A stretch of 64,000 bases of DNA from Camelus ferus. Lineage: Eukaryota. The translations under genes were made by a program, and so were the position numbers. How positions within the stretch are numbered: position 1 is the stretch's first letter; each line of letters opens with the position of its first letter. Location of the stretch: positions 88,786,001 through 88,850,000 of the forward strand of contig NC_045696.1 of assembly GCF_009834535.1 (NCBI RefSeq), given 5' to 3'. Below are positions 1-13,719 of this stretch, piece by piece. The notes beneath the pieces were generated by a model. The model worked only from the letters and a program-made list of their open reading frames with translations, ran no database searches and had not been told where the DNA came from.

Positions 1-259
1 CTGGAGATAAGCTTTGACATTTTCATGTAAGTTGCTAATTTGTGTGAAAATCAATAAATGATTTTTCAAGCAGGCCCTACAGGCATTTTCATATTTCTAT
101 TAAGAAATTAATGTAATTTACCTAGTGATTTTTAAAAGCCCTAGATAAGCTTTTTGTTATAGCTTACTGTGAATTTTATGATATTCAAGAAAATTTTTTA
201 AAAATCTTCCTCTGGTGACAAACTAACATTTGCATATTCCTTTAGATTGTTAAAGTTCT

Positions 260-440
260 TCATGTATATCAACTTATTTCCATTCTCATAACAATCCTAT
301 GAAGAAAATAGAGGGGCTATTATCTCTTTTTATAAATATAAGGAAAGTGAGACACAAAGATGTTAAATGAATACCACAATTCAGCAAATAAGAAGTTGGA
401 AACAAACTCATTTCTTCTGACCACCAATTCAGTACTCTAA
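260..440 (-). mobile_element. MIR SINE
   Basis: attctcataacaatcctatgaag...aaggaaagtgagacacaaagatgttaaatga resembles antisense MIR core. Confidence 0.65.
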
Positions 441-1289
441 TATCCCTTGATTGCCAATGACACTGAGGTGATTAATCTAATTTATACTTCTCTAGTAACA
501 TTTCAGTAGATCTCTGGTATAGAAATCTCAGAAAGAATACATGGATTCTTTTTCCTCAATTCTGACTTAAAGTTTTGGGATAAGCACTGCACTATGAGAA
601 TTTACCTCACCCATTGAGAGTATTTGTGGGGCAGAAGACTAGTGCAAGTAAACTGTCCTTTGCCTCTATGTAAAAGTCTAAAAGATTTGTTGCTAAAGTA
701 AAGTGCTATTTACTTACTGAATTTCACAGGGGAGAAAGGAGTACCATAGAATGTACATTATGCAAATACTTTACCATTACAAGTGACATGGAAATGAACC
801 GAGAGCTAATTGCAATCCTAGGTTTTCATGAGATACAATAATAGTGATAGTTACCAGGTAATTACCATTTTTAACTATGCAATTAACTCATGTCAACCTT
901 GCAAATATAAAAAGAACATAAAATACAGCTTATTCTCAGAAAAAAATTTGAGTTGTGGCTTTTAGGTTTAAGAAATCTTTAAAACAGAGTTTGATAACAT
1001 CTGTTTTCTAGTGGGATGTTGTTCCATGATGTCCTCATTTCTTTTTGTTTTTGCCACATATTACAAAGTTATAAAAATCAAATATATCAGCTGAGCTTCT
1101 GGATGATGAATGTAATAAAAATCCCCTGAGATAAATTTTAAATGAATCTTTTATATTGAGAGAAATTCCTGCACATTTTAAATTTCCCAATTATCAGTTT
1201 GATTTGTATTCTTAAATTGTTTTTGCCTTCTGCATATAAATATGTACTGAGTATTAAGTAGGACTCTCTTATTATTATTCTATCAATAT

Positions 1290-1960
1290 ATACCTAAATA
1301 TGTATAACCTTTTACACTGCATGAAGGTACTGTTATGAAGCACAGCAACCATGAGTACTATACCCATAAACCCACCAACTGACCTAAAAACTGGACTCTG
1401 ACCAATCTTTGTACCAACCTAGGAGTTCTTTCCCTATCCTATCTCCCTACCTGTCCTCCACAGGTAGCTATTAGGCTGAACTTTGCTTTTTATCATTCTC
1501 TTATCTTTTTAAAAAATAATATCATCAATAACATCTGCATCCCTAAATAATATATTTTTTACTTTTGCTTGGTTTTGAGCTTTATAAAAGGGTATTGTAC
1601 TATGTATCGTCCTCTGTTACTTGTTTTTTCACAATATTATATTTCTAGATCCTTCCATGTCATTACATATAGTTCAATCATTTTACTGCTATATAATATT
1701 CCACCATGTGACTGGTCTATAATTTATGTATTCATCTTCTTTGGATGTTTGAGTTTCCAGTTTTTTGCTATTATGATCAATGATTTCATGAATTGTTTTT
1801 GTACTAGCTGTTAGTGCATATATGCAAAAATTCCTCCAGGGTCTATAGCTAGGAATTAAATTACTGGACAGTTGGGAATGAAAATGTTCAACTTTACAAT
1901 TTAAGGCCAAACTGTTTTCGAAAATACATTATTCCCATTTACATTCCCACCAACAGTGTA
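1290..1960 (-). mobile_element. Old L1 (L1ME-like) 3' fragment
   Basis: Antisense L1 3' motifs (tttacattcccaccaacagtgta, tagatccttccatgtc). Confidence 0.7.
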
Positions 1961-2619
1961 ATCAAAGCTCCTTAAGATAAGGGACCATTACTATAAATTC
2001 TATCTTAAAAATGATTTTCATTATTGGTCCCTTTGGTAAATGGTTCACAATGATCATGGCTATTTAACCATATTAAATCTCCAGTGCTTCTCAAACAACA
2101 TTTCTAGATGCAACGTTTAACAGTACATATTCAGTCTTAAATGCTCTTTACAGAATTAATATATTTTAGTAATATAGCCAAGAAAACAAATCCATCACTT
2201 TAAGTAAGCATAATAATAGATCTATCTGGATTTAACATTTTAATATCTCAGGTGTTCTGTTAAACAGAACTCATGTGACAGACACCAGTCATCTTAGGAT
2301 ATAATACGACTTTATGTCACTGGACTCCAAAAGCACAAGTTCCTTTTCTACAGCCCACGTTTTTATATTAATTACAGAAATATATTAAGGATACTTGTTT
2401 TCTGAATACTTGTTTTATACTGTTGCACCAAATCTGTTTACGTAAACCAGATTTATCCTAAGAATCCTTCATCTCATTGCCCTAGGCTTCTCTCAGATAA
2501 TCTTTAAAGAAGCTTTCTAAATTATAATGTTAATCTAAAGCATTACCTAAAGTTTTCATGCTAATTAACACATCAACACTCTAGCTAATTCAAATGTGTT
2601 TGAATAGTTGAATAATCCT

Positions 2620-3190
2620 GCTTAAAGTCCTTAAATGACTTCTCATTGCTCTTAGAATAAAGACAAAGTCTTGACCATGGCCTTCCTCTCCTTCACAGCC
2701 TTATTCCACACCATCTGCTGCCTCCGCCCATCCACTTCAGCCACATCTGCCTTCTTACAATTCCTATAGAACATCAAGCTCCCTCTTGACTGGGGTCCTT
2801 TGTTCATGCAATTCCCTTCAGCTGGAATGCTGGCCTTTCCCAAGCCCACTCCCGCCCACACCCTTCCTAGTTAAACATCATTCCTCACATCTCAGCTCCT
2901 GTATCACTCTTTCAAGAGCCCTTCCTGACTCTGCAATCTAAGTGAGGTCCCTCCTCCCACCTCTCGTGGCAACCTGTACTTATATATACTTCACAGTGTT
3001 CATCAAAGTTATAAATATGTATTTTTTGTGATTTTTGAAAATCAATGTGTGCTTTCCCCCATGGTCACTATACGTTTATATGTTCCATGAGGGCAGGAAC
3101 TGAGTCCGTTTTGCTCTCCATTGTAACTCCAGCACCTAACACAATACCTGGAATACAGTAGGCATATATAAATATTTGTTCAGGAATGAA
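2620..3190 (+). mobile_element. L2 LINE 3' end
   Basis: Ends in ccagcacctaacacaatacctggaatacagtaggc...aaatatttgttcaggaatgaa. Confidence 0.8.
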
Positions 3191-4159
3191 CAAAGGTAGT
3201 TATCTTAAGATCATTATTTCAGCCTCACTCAAATTCTATTACTGGTAATATGTGAAACTAATCAATGTGCCTTAGACAGCAATAAAAAGAGAAGTAAAAA
3301 AAATAACTCATCCATGGATACTTGAAGATTGATTTTGCTAACACATAAAAAAATTTAAAAGCCATTCAGATTTTTTTTGACTTTTCTTTTTTTACATTGT
3401 TTTTCATCTTAAGATCATACTTTCATTACAGGTACAGGGAAAATCTTTGCAAGAACAAAATCTTTACAAAATGAATGTCCTTTGGCTTTTTTCCTACCAG
3501 GATAATTTTCTTTTTTCTTTTGAAGTATAAAAGTTTTTTATATATAAGGCTGATTGATATTATATGTCATTCAAGTTGTAAATATTTCTCCCATCTTGTC
3601 ATTTACCTTTCCATTGTTTATGATGCTTTGAAATATGAAGAACTTTATTTAATTTTAGGTTTTTGTTGTTCATGATTTATTTTCATAAAGTCAAGTCTAT
3701 CTTTTCCCTTATAATTTGTGCCTTTTAAATCAAGCTTAGAATGGGCAAGTAAGCGTTTTATTCCTCCATGCACACCAGAATCTACAATGCATTCAAGGTA
3801 CATTTCTCCAGCTATTTTTCCTACCAAACTGGTGTAGATTTTTGATACATTTATCATTTATTCAACACTGTACTGGGAACCAGGCACAACTGACACAATT
3901 CCCATCTTCATGGAGCTCCACATTCAATCACTCATAAATATACTGCAGGTTGACAAGAGTGGCTAACAAAAGCATATACATGCAGTATATACTTCCTGTG
4001 GTGAACTTGCCAATTGTAAAGTCAAACAACAGGGCTGGCGACCCTTCCATCATGAAAGAAATTGCCATTCTTGGGTTGGTTCTCCCTGAGCCAGTGTTCA
4101 CTCCTTCTACTATGTTGCTCTCTTGTCATTTCCACCCCCAAATCACGTGCTCATTTCCA

Positions 4160-4340
4160 CCACTCAGCACACACTGTGGGGCTGGGCAAGTTACTTAGCC
4201 TCTTTGTACCTCAACTTTCTCATCAGCAAAATAGATATAATTATCATACCTACTCCATAGGTCAGCTTAAGGATTATAGGAGCTAATATACATGAAATGC
4301 TTGAACAGTGTCTGGCACATAGCAAGCACCCAATAGAAGT
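4160..4340 (+). mobile_element. MIR SINE
   Basis: gggcaagttacttagcctctttgtacctcaactttctcatc...gtgtctggcacatagcaagcac. Confidence 0.8.
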
Positions 4341-4844
4341 GAAGTACTTCTAGTTGAAGTGGGTGAAATAAGTGTATAGGCAACTCGTAAATAGAGAGCA
4401 GGGTATGATAAGACACCATCTGAGACATTGTGGGGATTTTTAGGAGAAAGAAATTATATCTGTTGGAGAGATCTGGAAGGCTTCATGAAGGAGGGGATGG
4501 AGAATTGGGGATAGGAGGATTTGGACATACAGGAAAAGGGGGTTAGGCTAAGAGGGATAGACTTCCAGAAAAAAAAACAATGGCACTTTGTGTTTACTAA
4601 CAAGAGTTTCAAAGAAAGGAAAGCTTAGAAGACTAACAGGAGATAAACCATCATTGGTCACTTGGAACTGTATTTTGAAGAGCTTTGAATAATAAGTGTA
4701 TATTATTTCATTGGCTACACAGAGAGGCTGACAGTTTTTGAAAGAGGAACAGCAATAAGATCAAAATTATGATTACCAGAATATGACTAAATCCACTCAA
4801 ATTCTTCATCATAAATACAAAGAAAGCCTCAAAACTTTTACTTT

Positions 4845-5322
4845 GCATATGCACACCCATTTTCATAGCAGCACTATTCAGGGTAACCAAGGGGTAGAAG
4901 CAGCTCAAATGTCCATTGATGAATCAATGGACAAATAAAATGTGGTCTATACATACAATGGAGTATTATTCAGCTTTAAAAAGGAAGAAAATCCTATTAC
5001 GTGCTGCAATATGGATGAACCTTGAGGACATTGCTAAGTGAAATGAGCCAGTCACAGAAAGACAAACACTGTATGAGTCCACTTATATGAGGTATCTAGA
5101 GTCAAACTCATAGAAGCATAAAATAGAAAGGAGATCACCAGGGGTCACAGGGAGTGGGGAATGGGGATTTGCTTTTTAATGAGTACAGAGTTTCAGTTTT
5201 GCAAGATGAAAAAGTTCTGGAGATTTGTTGCACAACAATGTGAAATACTTAGCCTGTTGAACTGTATGCTTAAAAATAGTTAAGGAGGTAATTTTTATGT
5301 TATGTGTTAACAATTTTTTAAA
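4845..5322 (+). mobile_element. L1 (L1MB-like) 3' end
   Basis: caatggagtattattcagctttaaaaaggaag...atggatgaaccttgaggacatt...gatgaaaaagttctggagat. Confidence 0.85.
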
Positions 5323-6105
5323 GATTTAGACCTTGCTGCTGGTGATTTCAGTGCTTCCCACTAAAAAACCGATTTGGAGTCCATTTTGAAAAATGAGTCA
5401 GCCTCATCAACATTTATGTACCAATAGTGTTGGGTCCAACTCTTATGCAAAGTCTTCCTTTGGAACAGGCTGATCACACCTGAACTTAGTGCCTCCACAG
5501 TTACAATCCTGTGGAAGTCAAGCTCAAACCACTGCAACCTGAGTGCTAGAGTGTCTAGGAGGACATTAGTAGGCCTGTGACATCCGAACAGGAAGTGACT
5601 GCATTTAGGAGTGATGTTGAAATCATGGTTACCCTTTAGGGAAGAGAAAGTTGGGAGCAGACATAATGTAAATATAAAATATCACTCCATTGTGATTGTA
5701 AACTCTTACTGCCCAGTGAAAATGTCTTTTGATAAGAATCCATGCTGCTGGATGAGACTTAGTCAAAAGCTGAAGAGAAGGCCTGCCTGAATCTAATTTG
5801 AAATATCTGTAAACTGACAATAAAAATATCCCGTGGTTTGGAAGCTTCAGAGGGGAAGTACATCCTTATTTGGCATTCATCCCAAAGATTAAGTTAATGA
5901 ACAATTAAGCTCATCATTCATACAGATGATTCTCATTGGGAATAAGGGATGAGGAGGAGAGGAGAGTGTGTATGAGAATTAGATGGGAGAAGGAGGGAGA
6001 CATGGTTTGACAAAGTCTATTTTTAAAGCTTCCAGTTTATTTGTTTGTTTGTTTGTTTTTAAAGAAATACAAATGTAACCAGGTGGGATGAAAAGAAACC
6101 AATCC

Positions 6106-6260
6106 TTTTTTTTTTTCTAAATGTATTATTTAATTATTTTATTTTGGCAGGGGGGAGGTAATTAGATTTATTTATTTTTAGAGGAGGTACTGGGGATTGA
6201 ACCCAGGATCTCGTGCATGCCAAGCATGCGCTCTACCACTTGAGCTATACCTTCCCTCCC
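6106..6260 (-). mobile_element. tRNA-Ala-derived camelid SINE (vic-1 type)
   Basis: Reverse complement of tRNA-Ala-like head plus ctaattacctcccc tail. TSD-like ccaatc+T run at 6099 and 6261. Confidence 0.88.
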
Positions 6261-7032
6261 CCAATCTTTTTTTTTATTTTAATTTTTTTGCATTTTATAT
6301 TTTGCTCTTCTTCCCTTGGTAGGAAAAAAAGGGGGGGGGGGGTGGAGGAAGCAATGTCCCTGTTCCTCTCTGTGAGGAAGAACCTCCAGACTTGGGCCCT
6401 AGATTTCTAGGTTCCCTTACCCCAGGGGGGTGCTAACAGCTAATTCAGAGATATGAAGGTTGTCCAGCAGACCAGTCACATTGGTTTGGAAGGTCTGTGA
6501 CAGTGGGAGAGAAGGAGCCTGAAACTGGGAATGCGACAGAGTTCCAGACAGGAGGAGCACAGAGGGGCAGGGCCACAGCACCCTGGGGGCCTGTGTGAAC
6601 TCCCAAGAACCCAGCCCCAGATTCCTGACCTTGGGAGCGCAGGTCGGGCTCAGAGGCCCAAGCCTGAGACAGAAGGAGTAGAAGCTGTGGAGATCTCCTG
6701 CTGCCCCCAGGGCAGCTAAGCACAACCTGACCTGGATGCAAAGCCAGGCCATCAAAACCTGCTCCAGATGGGCAAGGCTACTGGATGGCCTCAAAGAGAG
6801 GCTTCTTTCCAGTTACAGTTCCCTAAGACTCTGATCTACAGGCCTGCTTTACAACTGTTATGATACCCCAGCACTTAGTTTTGGAGACTCCACCTCATAT
6901 CACATAAAACATATTGAAGTGCACCCATGGCCCACATGAAATGAAATTTCTTTGGCCAAAAATTTTTTTCAGTTTTTATAATTTTGCTTCTGAGATTATT
7001 TTCCTGTGCCTACTTCATTTAATTTATGTTTG

Positions 7033-7460
7033 TCTCCATTTGTAGCAACATGGATGGACCTAGAGATTATCATACTAAGTGAAGTAAGTCAGACAAAGAC
7101 AGATATCATATGACATCACTTTTATGTGGAATCTAAAAAAAATGACATAAATGAAGTTATTTACAAAACAGAAACAGGCTCACAGACATAGAAAACAAAC
7201 TACGGTTACCAAAGGAGAAGGGGGTACGGGATGGATAAATTAGGAGTTTGTGATTAACAAATACACACTACTATATATAAAATAGATAACCAACAAGGAC
7301 CTACTGTTTAGTACAGGGAACTATACTCGGTATCTTGTAATAACCTATAATGGAAAATAATCTGAAAAAAATAGATTTTATATGTATATGTATAACTCAC
7401 TTTGCTGTACACCTGAAATTAACATGACATTGTAAATCAAGCTTCAATTTGAAAAAAAAA
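7033..7460 (+). mobile_element. Cetartiodactyl-type L1 3' end
   Basis: gcaacatggatggacctagagattatcatactaagtgaagtaagtcagac...poly(A). TSD ttatgtttg at 7024-7032 and 7461-7469. Confidence 0.92.
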
Positions 7461-7627
7461 TTATGTTTGGTTCTAATTTCTGAAGAAAATATCATGTATA
7501 TTATAAAAAAATTTTTGAACTTTTTCAAATGTGATGATTTATTAATACTAAATTTATTAATAAATATGCAACAATAGAACATTTTATAAAAATTTAATTG
7601 AGCATCCATTAATTTTGATTTGGCTAG

Positions 7628-7785
7628 TTTTTTTTATATTTTACTTATTTTTTTATTTTTTGAGGGGGAGGTACTTAGGTTTACTTCTTTCTTTCTTTAT
7701 TTATTTTAGAGGAAGTACTGGGTATTGAACCCAGGACATCATGCACGCTAAGCATGTGTCCTACTATTTGAACTATATCCTCCCC
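7628..7785 (-). mobile_element. tRNA-Ala-derived camelid SINE (vic-1 type), diverged
   Basis: gtactgggtattgaacccagg...gctaagcatg...actatatcctcccc, homologous to the other copies. Confidence 0.85.
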
Positions 7786-8660
7786 TTTGGTTTTTTTTTG
7801 TTTTAAAATGAGTGATCTTTTAAAATCTTCAGCTCTTAAATATTATCATAGGGTCCTGAAAAGTTTGTGGGTCCTAACACTCTGACTCTATGGTCTAATG
7901 GATAAAATATTCCTGGATGTGTCTTAGGAAAAGCGAATGGGCCGGTAGGATGACCACAATCCTTATATTACCAACCTTGTTGAATAGAAAGCTCAAATCA
8001 GGTTTAACTGAGGATATTAAAAGAAATGCAGCATTCCTTGTCTCAAGGTGTCACGGAAGCATTCATGCCTGAGACAGACACTGAGGAGAGTAGCTACAGG
8101 GGGTCAGATCTGGGAACTGATCTATGCTGTTCTTGTTCCACGGGTCTAGGCAGCACTGAACAGGATGCTGGCTAGGAAGGGCACTGTTGCTGATAGTGAT
8201 GTGAGGTGCCCAAACTAGTCCCCAAACTGCTTTGAATAACTGCACAAATGTTGAATTGATTAGCCTCCAAAAGTAAATATTTTTAAAGACAAAATTCATT
8301 TAGCTGAATGTTTGCTAGTGTGCTGAATTTTATTTTATTGTGTTATGCTTATCACTTTGCGCCTGCGGTACACACAGGTTAAAAAGCTGATTTACAATAG
8401 GATATTTTAAATTAGTAAGCTGGCTGTGGCATCGTTTTAATTTTCTTTACAAAATGTAAATTTGCATACCACAGAAAATGCACTGGTGGCTTTGTCTAAT
8501 GGCAGAGATGTGAACTAGATAGTCTTGTTTGTCCAAATCCATTTATGATGTCTTGTTAGCCTCCCACACTAGGCACCAACATTTCCTCCACTTTGCCGCC
8601 AGTGTGTGCTAATCCCTGCTCATGGAATGTTATGCTTCTTTGTAAGAGAAAATGATATAC

Positions 8661-9170
8661 TGTCTTATCCCAGGTCTCCCAGAAAACAGAGCCTGAGGCA
8701 AAACTGTTGTGCTAACACGTTATTTGAGGGGTGTGATACCAGGAAGTAAGAGTGAGAGGAAAAAGGAAATGAATCCAGAGAAGAGGGGAATTAAATACAA
8801 GGTGGTCCATTACCCAGCTGGCCACAGCTACACCAGGAAACACAGCTGGGTGCTCATCTCTCAAGAAACAATATGAAGACACTGCATCTCAGAGCAGTGT
8901 ATGGGCAGAAGAGGAGAGAGATGGAGAAGTATTTGTTTGCCTGCTTCTTCGCATCTATCCTTTCTTAATGGTCAAAGGTCACCCCAAAGGACCCTAACTC
9001 CCCCATACTTCACTTCCCAGTTGTTACCTGGCTCTCTGTGCAGCTACCAGAGATGCCAAAGTCTATGTCAGCCGAGAGGGCTTCCTCTGAGTGAGCTATA
9101 GATCAACAGGGAGCCAGCAAGAACCAGGGCGAGAACCAGGAACACTCTCCACCTGCCTACTCACAGCCTC
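8661..9170 (-). mobile_element. Old MaLR LTR (MLT1-like)
   Basis: tgtcttatcccaggtctcccagaaaacagagcctgaggcaaa terminus. Confidence 0.55.
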
Positions 9171-9594
9171 ACAGCTTGTGTGGTCAGACCATGTGGGTCC
9201 TTAGGGCTAAGCAGGTCCTGCAACATGTTGTGCCTTAGTAGTGACAATGAGGCCCCAGGGGAGCAGAAGAGAAGGGTGTGGGGTGAGGCATGAGGGGCGG
9301 TGCTCATGGGCTCTGCTATGAGCAGAGGGGACTGGGGGCAATTTCAGCAGAGAGCCCTGCTGCGAAACTGGTGAGAGGCCACAATACGACTTTCCAGGTG
9401 AGTTCATTGAGTGAGAGCGCTCTGCAGCCTATAAGAAAGTGGTTCGTACCAGGCAATCTTCCCAGAGGATCATCAGTTGCACTGAGCAAAAAGCCATTTA
9501 GGAAGGTTCATAAACTAAGCCTGGTACATACTCAACTAGAAAATAATTAGAGGTCAATACAAGGTGGAATAGTTAGATCCCGCAAAGCATCTTC

Positions 9595-9960
9595 CCAGTG
9601 GTTTCAGTATATTTACAAGGTTGTGCAACCATCACCATTAATTCCAGAACATTTTTATCACCCCAAAAGAAACCCTGAAGACATTAGCAGTCACTTGTAT
9701 TTGCCCTTTCTCCAGCCCCCATCAGCCACTAATCTATTTTCTGTTTCTTTCTTTGCCTGTTCTGGTCATTCCGTATAGAGTCATACAATATGTGGCCATT
9801 TATGAATGGCTTATTTTACTTAGCATATTTTCAAGGTTCATCCATGTGGCAACATGTATCAGTGCTTCATTCCTATTTATGGCTGAATAATATTCCACTG
9901 TTTGTGTATACCCCCATTCATCAATGCCGAGGACATTCTGGTTGTTTCTTCTTTTTGACA
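9595..9960 (-). mobile_element. L1MB-like 3' end
   Basis: ttccagaacatttttatcaccccaaaagaaaccc...tcaaggttcatccatgtggc. Confidence 0.85.
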
Positions 9961-10319
9961 GTTCTTGATTTTTAATACTCAAGGTCCATACAATAATGTC
10001 ATATCTCTTGAAATAATGTTTTTCAATAATGTTTATGTAGGAAAACTTTTTATTTCCACCCTCAAAACTTCATACATTTTAAACAAAATTATGTAGGAGG
10101 AAAGTAATGATTTATATTCTAAATAAAATTGGTAAAATGTCAGAATCACACATAGATATTTTGAAAAGCATGCTGAGTGTCAGCGAAGGGGAGGTCCATC
10201 TGGGATATTGCTGGAGCAAAACATCATAGTCATCCACAGTGCATAAAATTTATGGTAAAAAGTCTTGGTTTTCGTTCCTTCCTCAAAAGCAGAAACCCAA
10301 GACAAAGATTCAAGTGCAA

Positions 10320-10622
10320 CAGACATAGAAAACAAACTATGGTTACCAAAGGGGAAAGGGCAGAGGAGGAATAAATTAGGAGTCTGGGATTAACAGACAC
10401 ACATTACTATATATAAAATAGATAAACAACAAGGACCTAATGTATAGCACAGGAAACTATATTCAATTTCTTATAATAACATATAATGGAAAAGAATCTG
10501 AAAAGAAAATACATATATGTATATATGTGTATAACTGAATCACTTTGCGGTATGCCTGAAACTAATACTGTAAATCAAGTCCAATTCGATAAAAAAATTT
10601 AAAAATTAAAAAAAAAAAAAGA
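10320..10622 (+). mobile_element. Cetartiodactyl-type L1 3' end inside an older LTR (about 10260-10915)
   Basis: 12-bp TSD attcaagtgcaa at 10308-10319 and 10623-10634, poly(A) tail. Confidence 0.92.
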
Positions 10623-10918
10623 ATTCAAGTGCAAACACTTTATTGGGCTAAATACCAGGAAGGAAGTCAGTGTAGAATATCTGCCTCAGAGTTACAACAC
10701 CTGAGGGGTGAGGGAGCAGTGGTCTTTATCTACCCACTCCTGTCAGTCAGTGGTGAGGACTGTTCCCATAGGGCATTAATTGGAAGACAACATCTTAGTA
10801 TGTTACAGTGGACTGGGAAAGCCCTCAGGCAAGGAGTCTCAGGTGCTAGCTGCTGGAAATTAGCTCTCTGCAGGACAGGCCAGGGAAGATATGGAGAGTC
10901 ATAGGCAGTGTCTGCTAC

Positions 10919-11432
10919 TGTATTAGTCAGGGTTCTCCAGAGAAATAGAACTAACAAAACCAATATATGAGGATATGCAGGAATTTGTTATAAAAATTGA
11001 CTCACACAGTCATGGAGGCCAAAAAGTCCCACAGTCTGTCCTCTGCAAGCTGGAGAGGCAGGAGAAAAGCCAATGATATCATTCAGTCTGAGGCCGAAGG
11101 CTCGAGAACCTGGAAGTCTGCTATTCTTATTCCCGGAGTTAGAAGGCCCGAGAACCAGGAGCTCCACTGTCAAGGGCAGGAGAAAATGGATGTCCCAGCT
11201 GAAGGAGAGGGAGACGGAATTCATCCTTCCTCTGCCTTTGTTCTATTGGGGCCCTCAACAGACTGGATAATGCCCACACACATTTGTGAGGACAATCTAC
11301 TTACTCAACCTATTGAATAAAATTTTAATCTCTTACAGCAACATGCTCTCAGACACACCCAGAAACAGTGTTTTACCTGCTATCTGGACATCCCTTAGGC
11401 CAGTCAAGCTGGCACAAAAATGAATGGTCATA
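10919..11432 (-). mobile_element. ERVL solo LTR (MLT2B-like)
   Basis: tgtattagtcagggttctccagagaaatagaac terminus. 5-bp TSD gctac at 10914-10918 and 11433-11437. Confidence 0.88.
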
Positions 11433-12429
11433 GCTACATAGGACACGCAAACTGTGCACATTCCTACATACAAAGCTATCATTAGTTAATAATTATATCA
11501 AATTTTCTGGTGATCAGGAAATGATGATTTGAGCAATTTCATACTAACATGAACATTTTGTATTATATTTAGCCTTTTTACTGTGTTAAAGTTTTGTTTT
11601 AGGAAATGCTCAAGCATTGACCAATAGCCATTACAGTTTTTCACATTTAAAATAATGGCAAATTGGACCCAGTTAGTGTTTATTGCATATAACATCTGAT
11701 TCGCAGGACCAGAGTGCTCGTGTTCAGAGGAAGACACCTATTTATAATCAAGTGCTCTAACTCTAGGTCAGATCCCAGAGTAGAAGAACAGACATCTTTG
11801 TGCACTGCTGTAGGTGAGAAGTACTTCACTGAAACAGCCTGAGGAGAGGGTCCAGTAAGGAGAAAAGAAGAGGGGGCATGATTGAGGTGTGGGTGGGTAG
11901 GATGTATTGCTGAAACTCCTTGCGATGAAACTAACCGCAGGGTAATTGTATTGAGCTACCCTTCACCAGCAGGCATTTCAACTTGTCTTTTGCTGAAATG
12001 TTCTTTAGACCACAGGAACTGGGCTCTGTCCATATGACCATGGGAACTGTTGACTAAACAACTTTGTCCTCTGAATCTTTAGAACAAAGCAGAGCTACAG
12101 ACATAGCAATTTATCAGCTACTGAGTAACACCCTGACAAATCCTTAGTAAGCCATTTATAAAAGATCATTTCCCAACAATGCAGTCATAAAAATAAACAT
12201 CAAAACAGTAGATACTTTTCTATTTCCCAGGGTCTTAACCCCTTTCACCACCTCAGAATACATGAGGGCATGACACACCCCGCCAGTTTCTGGCTGCTGG
12301 GTGGTGCTTTTCCCATGGGCCGCAGGCCCCCAAGGCAGCTAATGACATCTTGAGTTGGGGTGGAGGGCCTGGAGCTGGAGCTGGTAGAAGACACAAAGAG
12401 GCAGCTCCCCAGGTGACTTAGATACCCAC

Positions 12430-12880
12430 CTCATGCCTGTGAGACTGCACCTCTCCAAGGTCAACTGCACGCAATTGACCAAGGGCCCCAGCACTGAGAT
12501 CTGTGGCTGGGTTCATGTGGAGGCCAGACTTCTCAAGGGCTGTTCCCAGGCCATGACTGAGTACTACAGGGACACTAAGTACCAAGACAGGCCCAGTCCT
12601 GGGAGGCAGGGGCCATTCCTAGTAGGTAAGTTCAGCTCCAGGACTCCCTGACAGCTTTGCTGAATCTTCCTTAGACTGCAGGTGATCTGGGATGTTTCCA
12701 CTTACCCTTCCTTCTCCATCTCCTTCCTTCAGAGTCAGACTTGCATTGCAGTTTGACGGCTCTCCTGGCTTATCTGCCTTCCTCCCCATTTTCTCTCACA
12801 CAGATGTTTCCCTTAATAAAATCCTCTCATGTCTAATCCCATTTTGGTTGCTGATTCTCAGAGGACCCAGAATAACACAC
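12430..12880 (+). mobile_element. ERVL LTR (LTR16A-like)
   Basis: ggactccctgacagctttgctgaatcttccttagactgc...aataaaatcctctcatgtctaatccc...ggacccagaataacaca. Confidence 0.7.
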
Positions 12881-13719
12881 TTTCTTAGTTTATCACCACT
12901 GATTTAGATCCTCTTTACCCAGAATTTCTGGCACTGCCTCGGGAATAGAAAGCTTATATATAATACTCCGTTGTGCATGGTCTTCAGAACATTCCTCTAG
13001 CCAGGTGGCCACTTTTCTATGAGAGTATCTGCTACTCTTTACAATTTGCCCTCAAAATAAGCTTTTCCAGGCTTACCTCCTCAACTTTAACTCAACTGCT
13101 TAACAATTATTCTTTAAATGGTGTCATATCACAAAACCTGAAAGAAAAAAAAAAAGCAGTTGGTTCCCTCTATACTTCCCTTTTAAGAATAAGATAATCA
13201 AAAACATGTTGACTTTTCTGTTACATTTTTGCTCACTGAGATTTAAACAAAACAAAAAAATACTTGTAGGTTGTAAAACTGTTTCGCTGATGTGGTGATT
13301 CTCAACTTCTATTGGATTTAGAGACCCTTCAAGGACCCAGCACTTGACTCCAAAAAACTTGGGTATGCCAAATTTTATACAAAAACTCTCAGCTAAACGT
13401 CCTTCTAGGCTAAGGGGCACTTCAGAATGTCCTACTTGCTGTTCTTAATGAATTTTTTTTTCTTCCTAGTCTTGGCTTTGAAAAAAGAAAGTCAAATTTG
13501 CACACACTGATTCTTTGGAATCTGTGTGTAATCACAACAAATGTAAGTCTGTATGACTTGAATTTAACTGTAATGATCATTTTTTCACAAAAATCTTCCC
13601 AACTGAAGCAGAGAGTTTACGGAGGAGAGAGCAGAAGATAATGTGGGAATGTGGAATACAGGCTCTGCAGACAGACCTCCTGGGCTTAAATTCCACACTG
13701 CCACTCAAATGTACCAAGC

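Larger units (their letters stand above)
6920..7916 (-). mobile_element. hAT-Tip100 MITE (MER115-like) interrupted by an L1 and a SINE
   Basis: Right end gggtcctgaaaagtttgtgggtcctaacactctg...ctaatggataaa resembles the MER115 terminus. Recognised by eye. Confidence 0.5.

Noticed and set aside
6417..6794. 125-aa minus-strand ORF
   Set aside because: Non-ATG start, no motif or homology, no supporting gene structure.
10988..11320. Cluster of 65-107 aa ORFs
   Set aside because: Entirely inside the MLT2 LTR.
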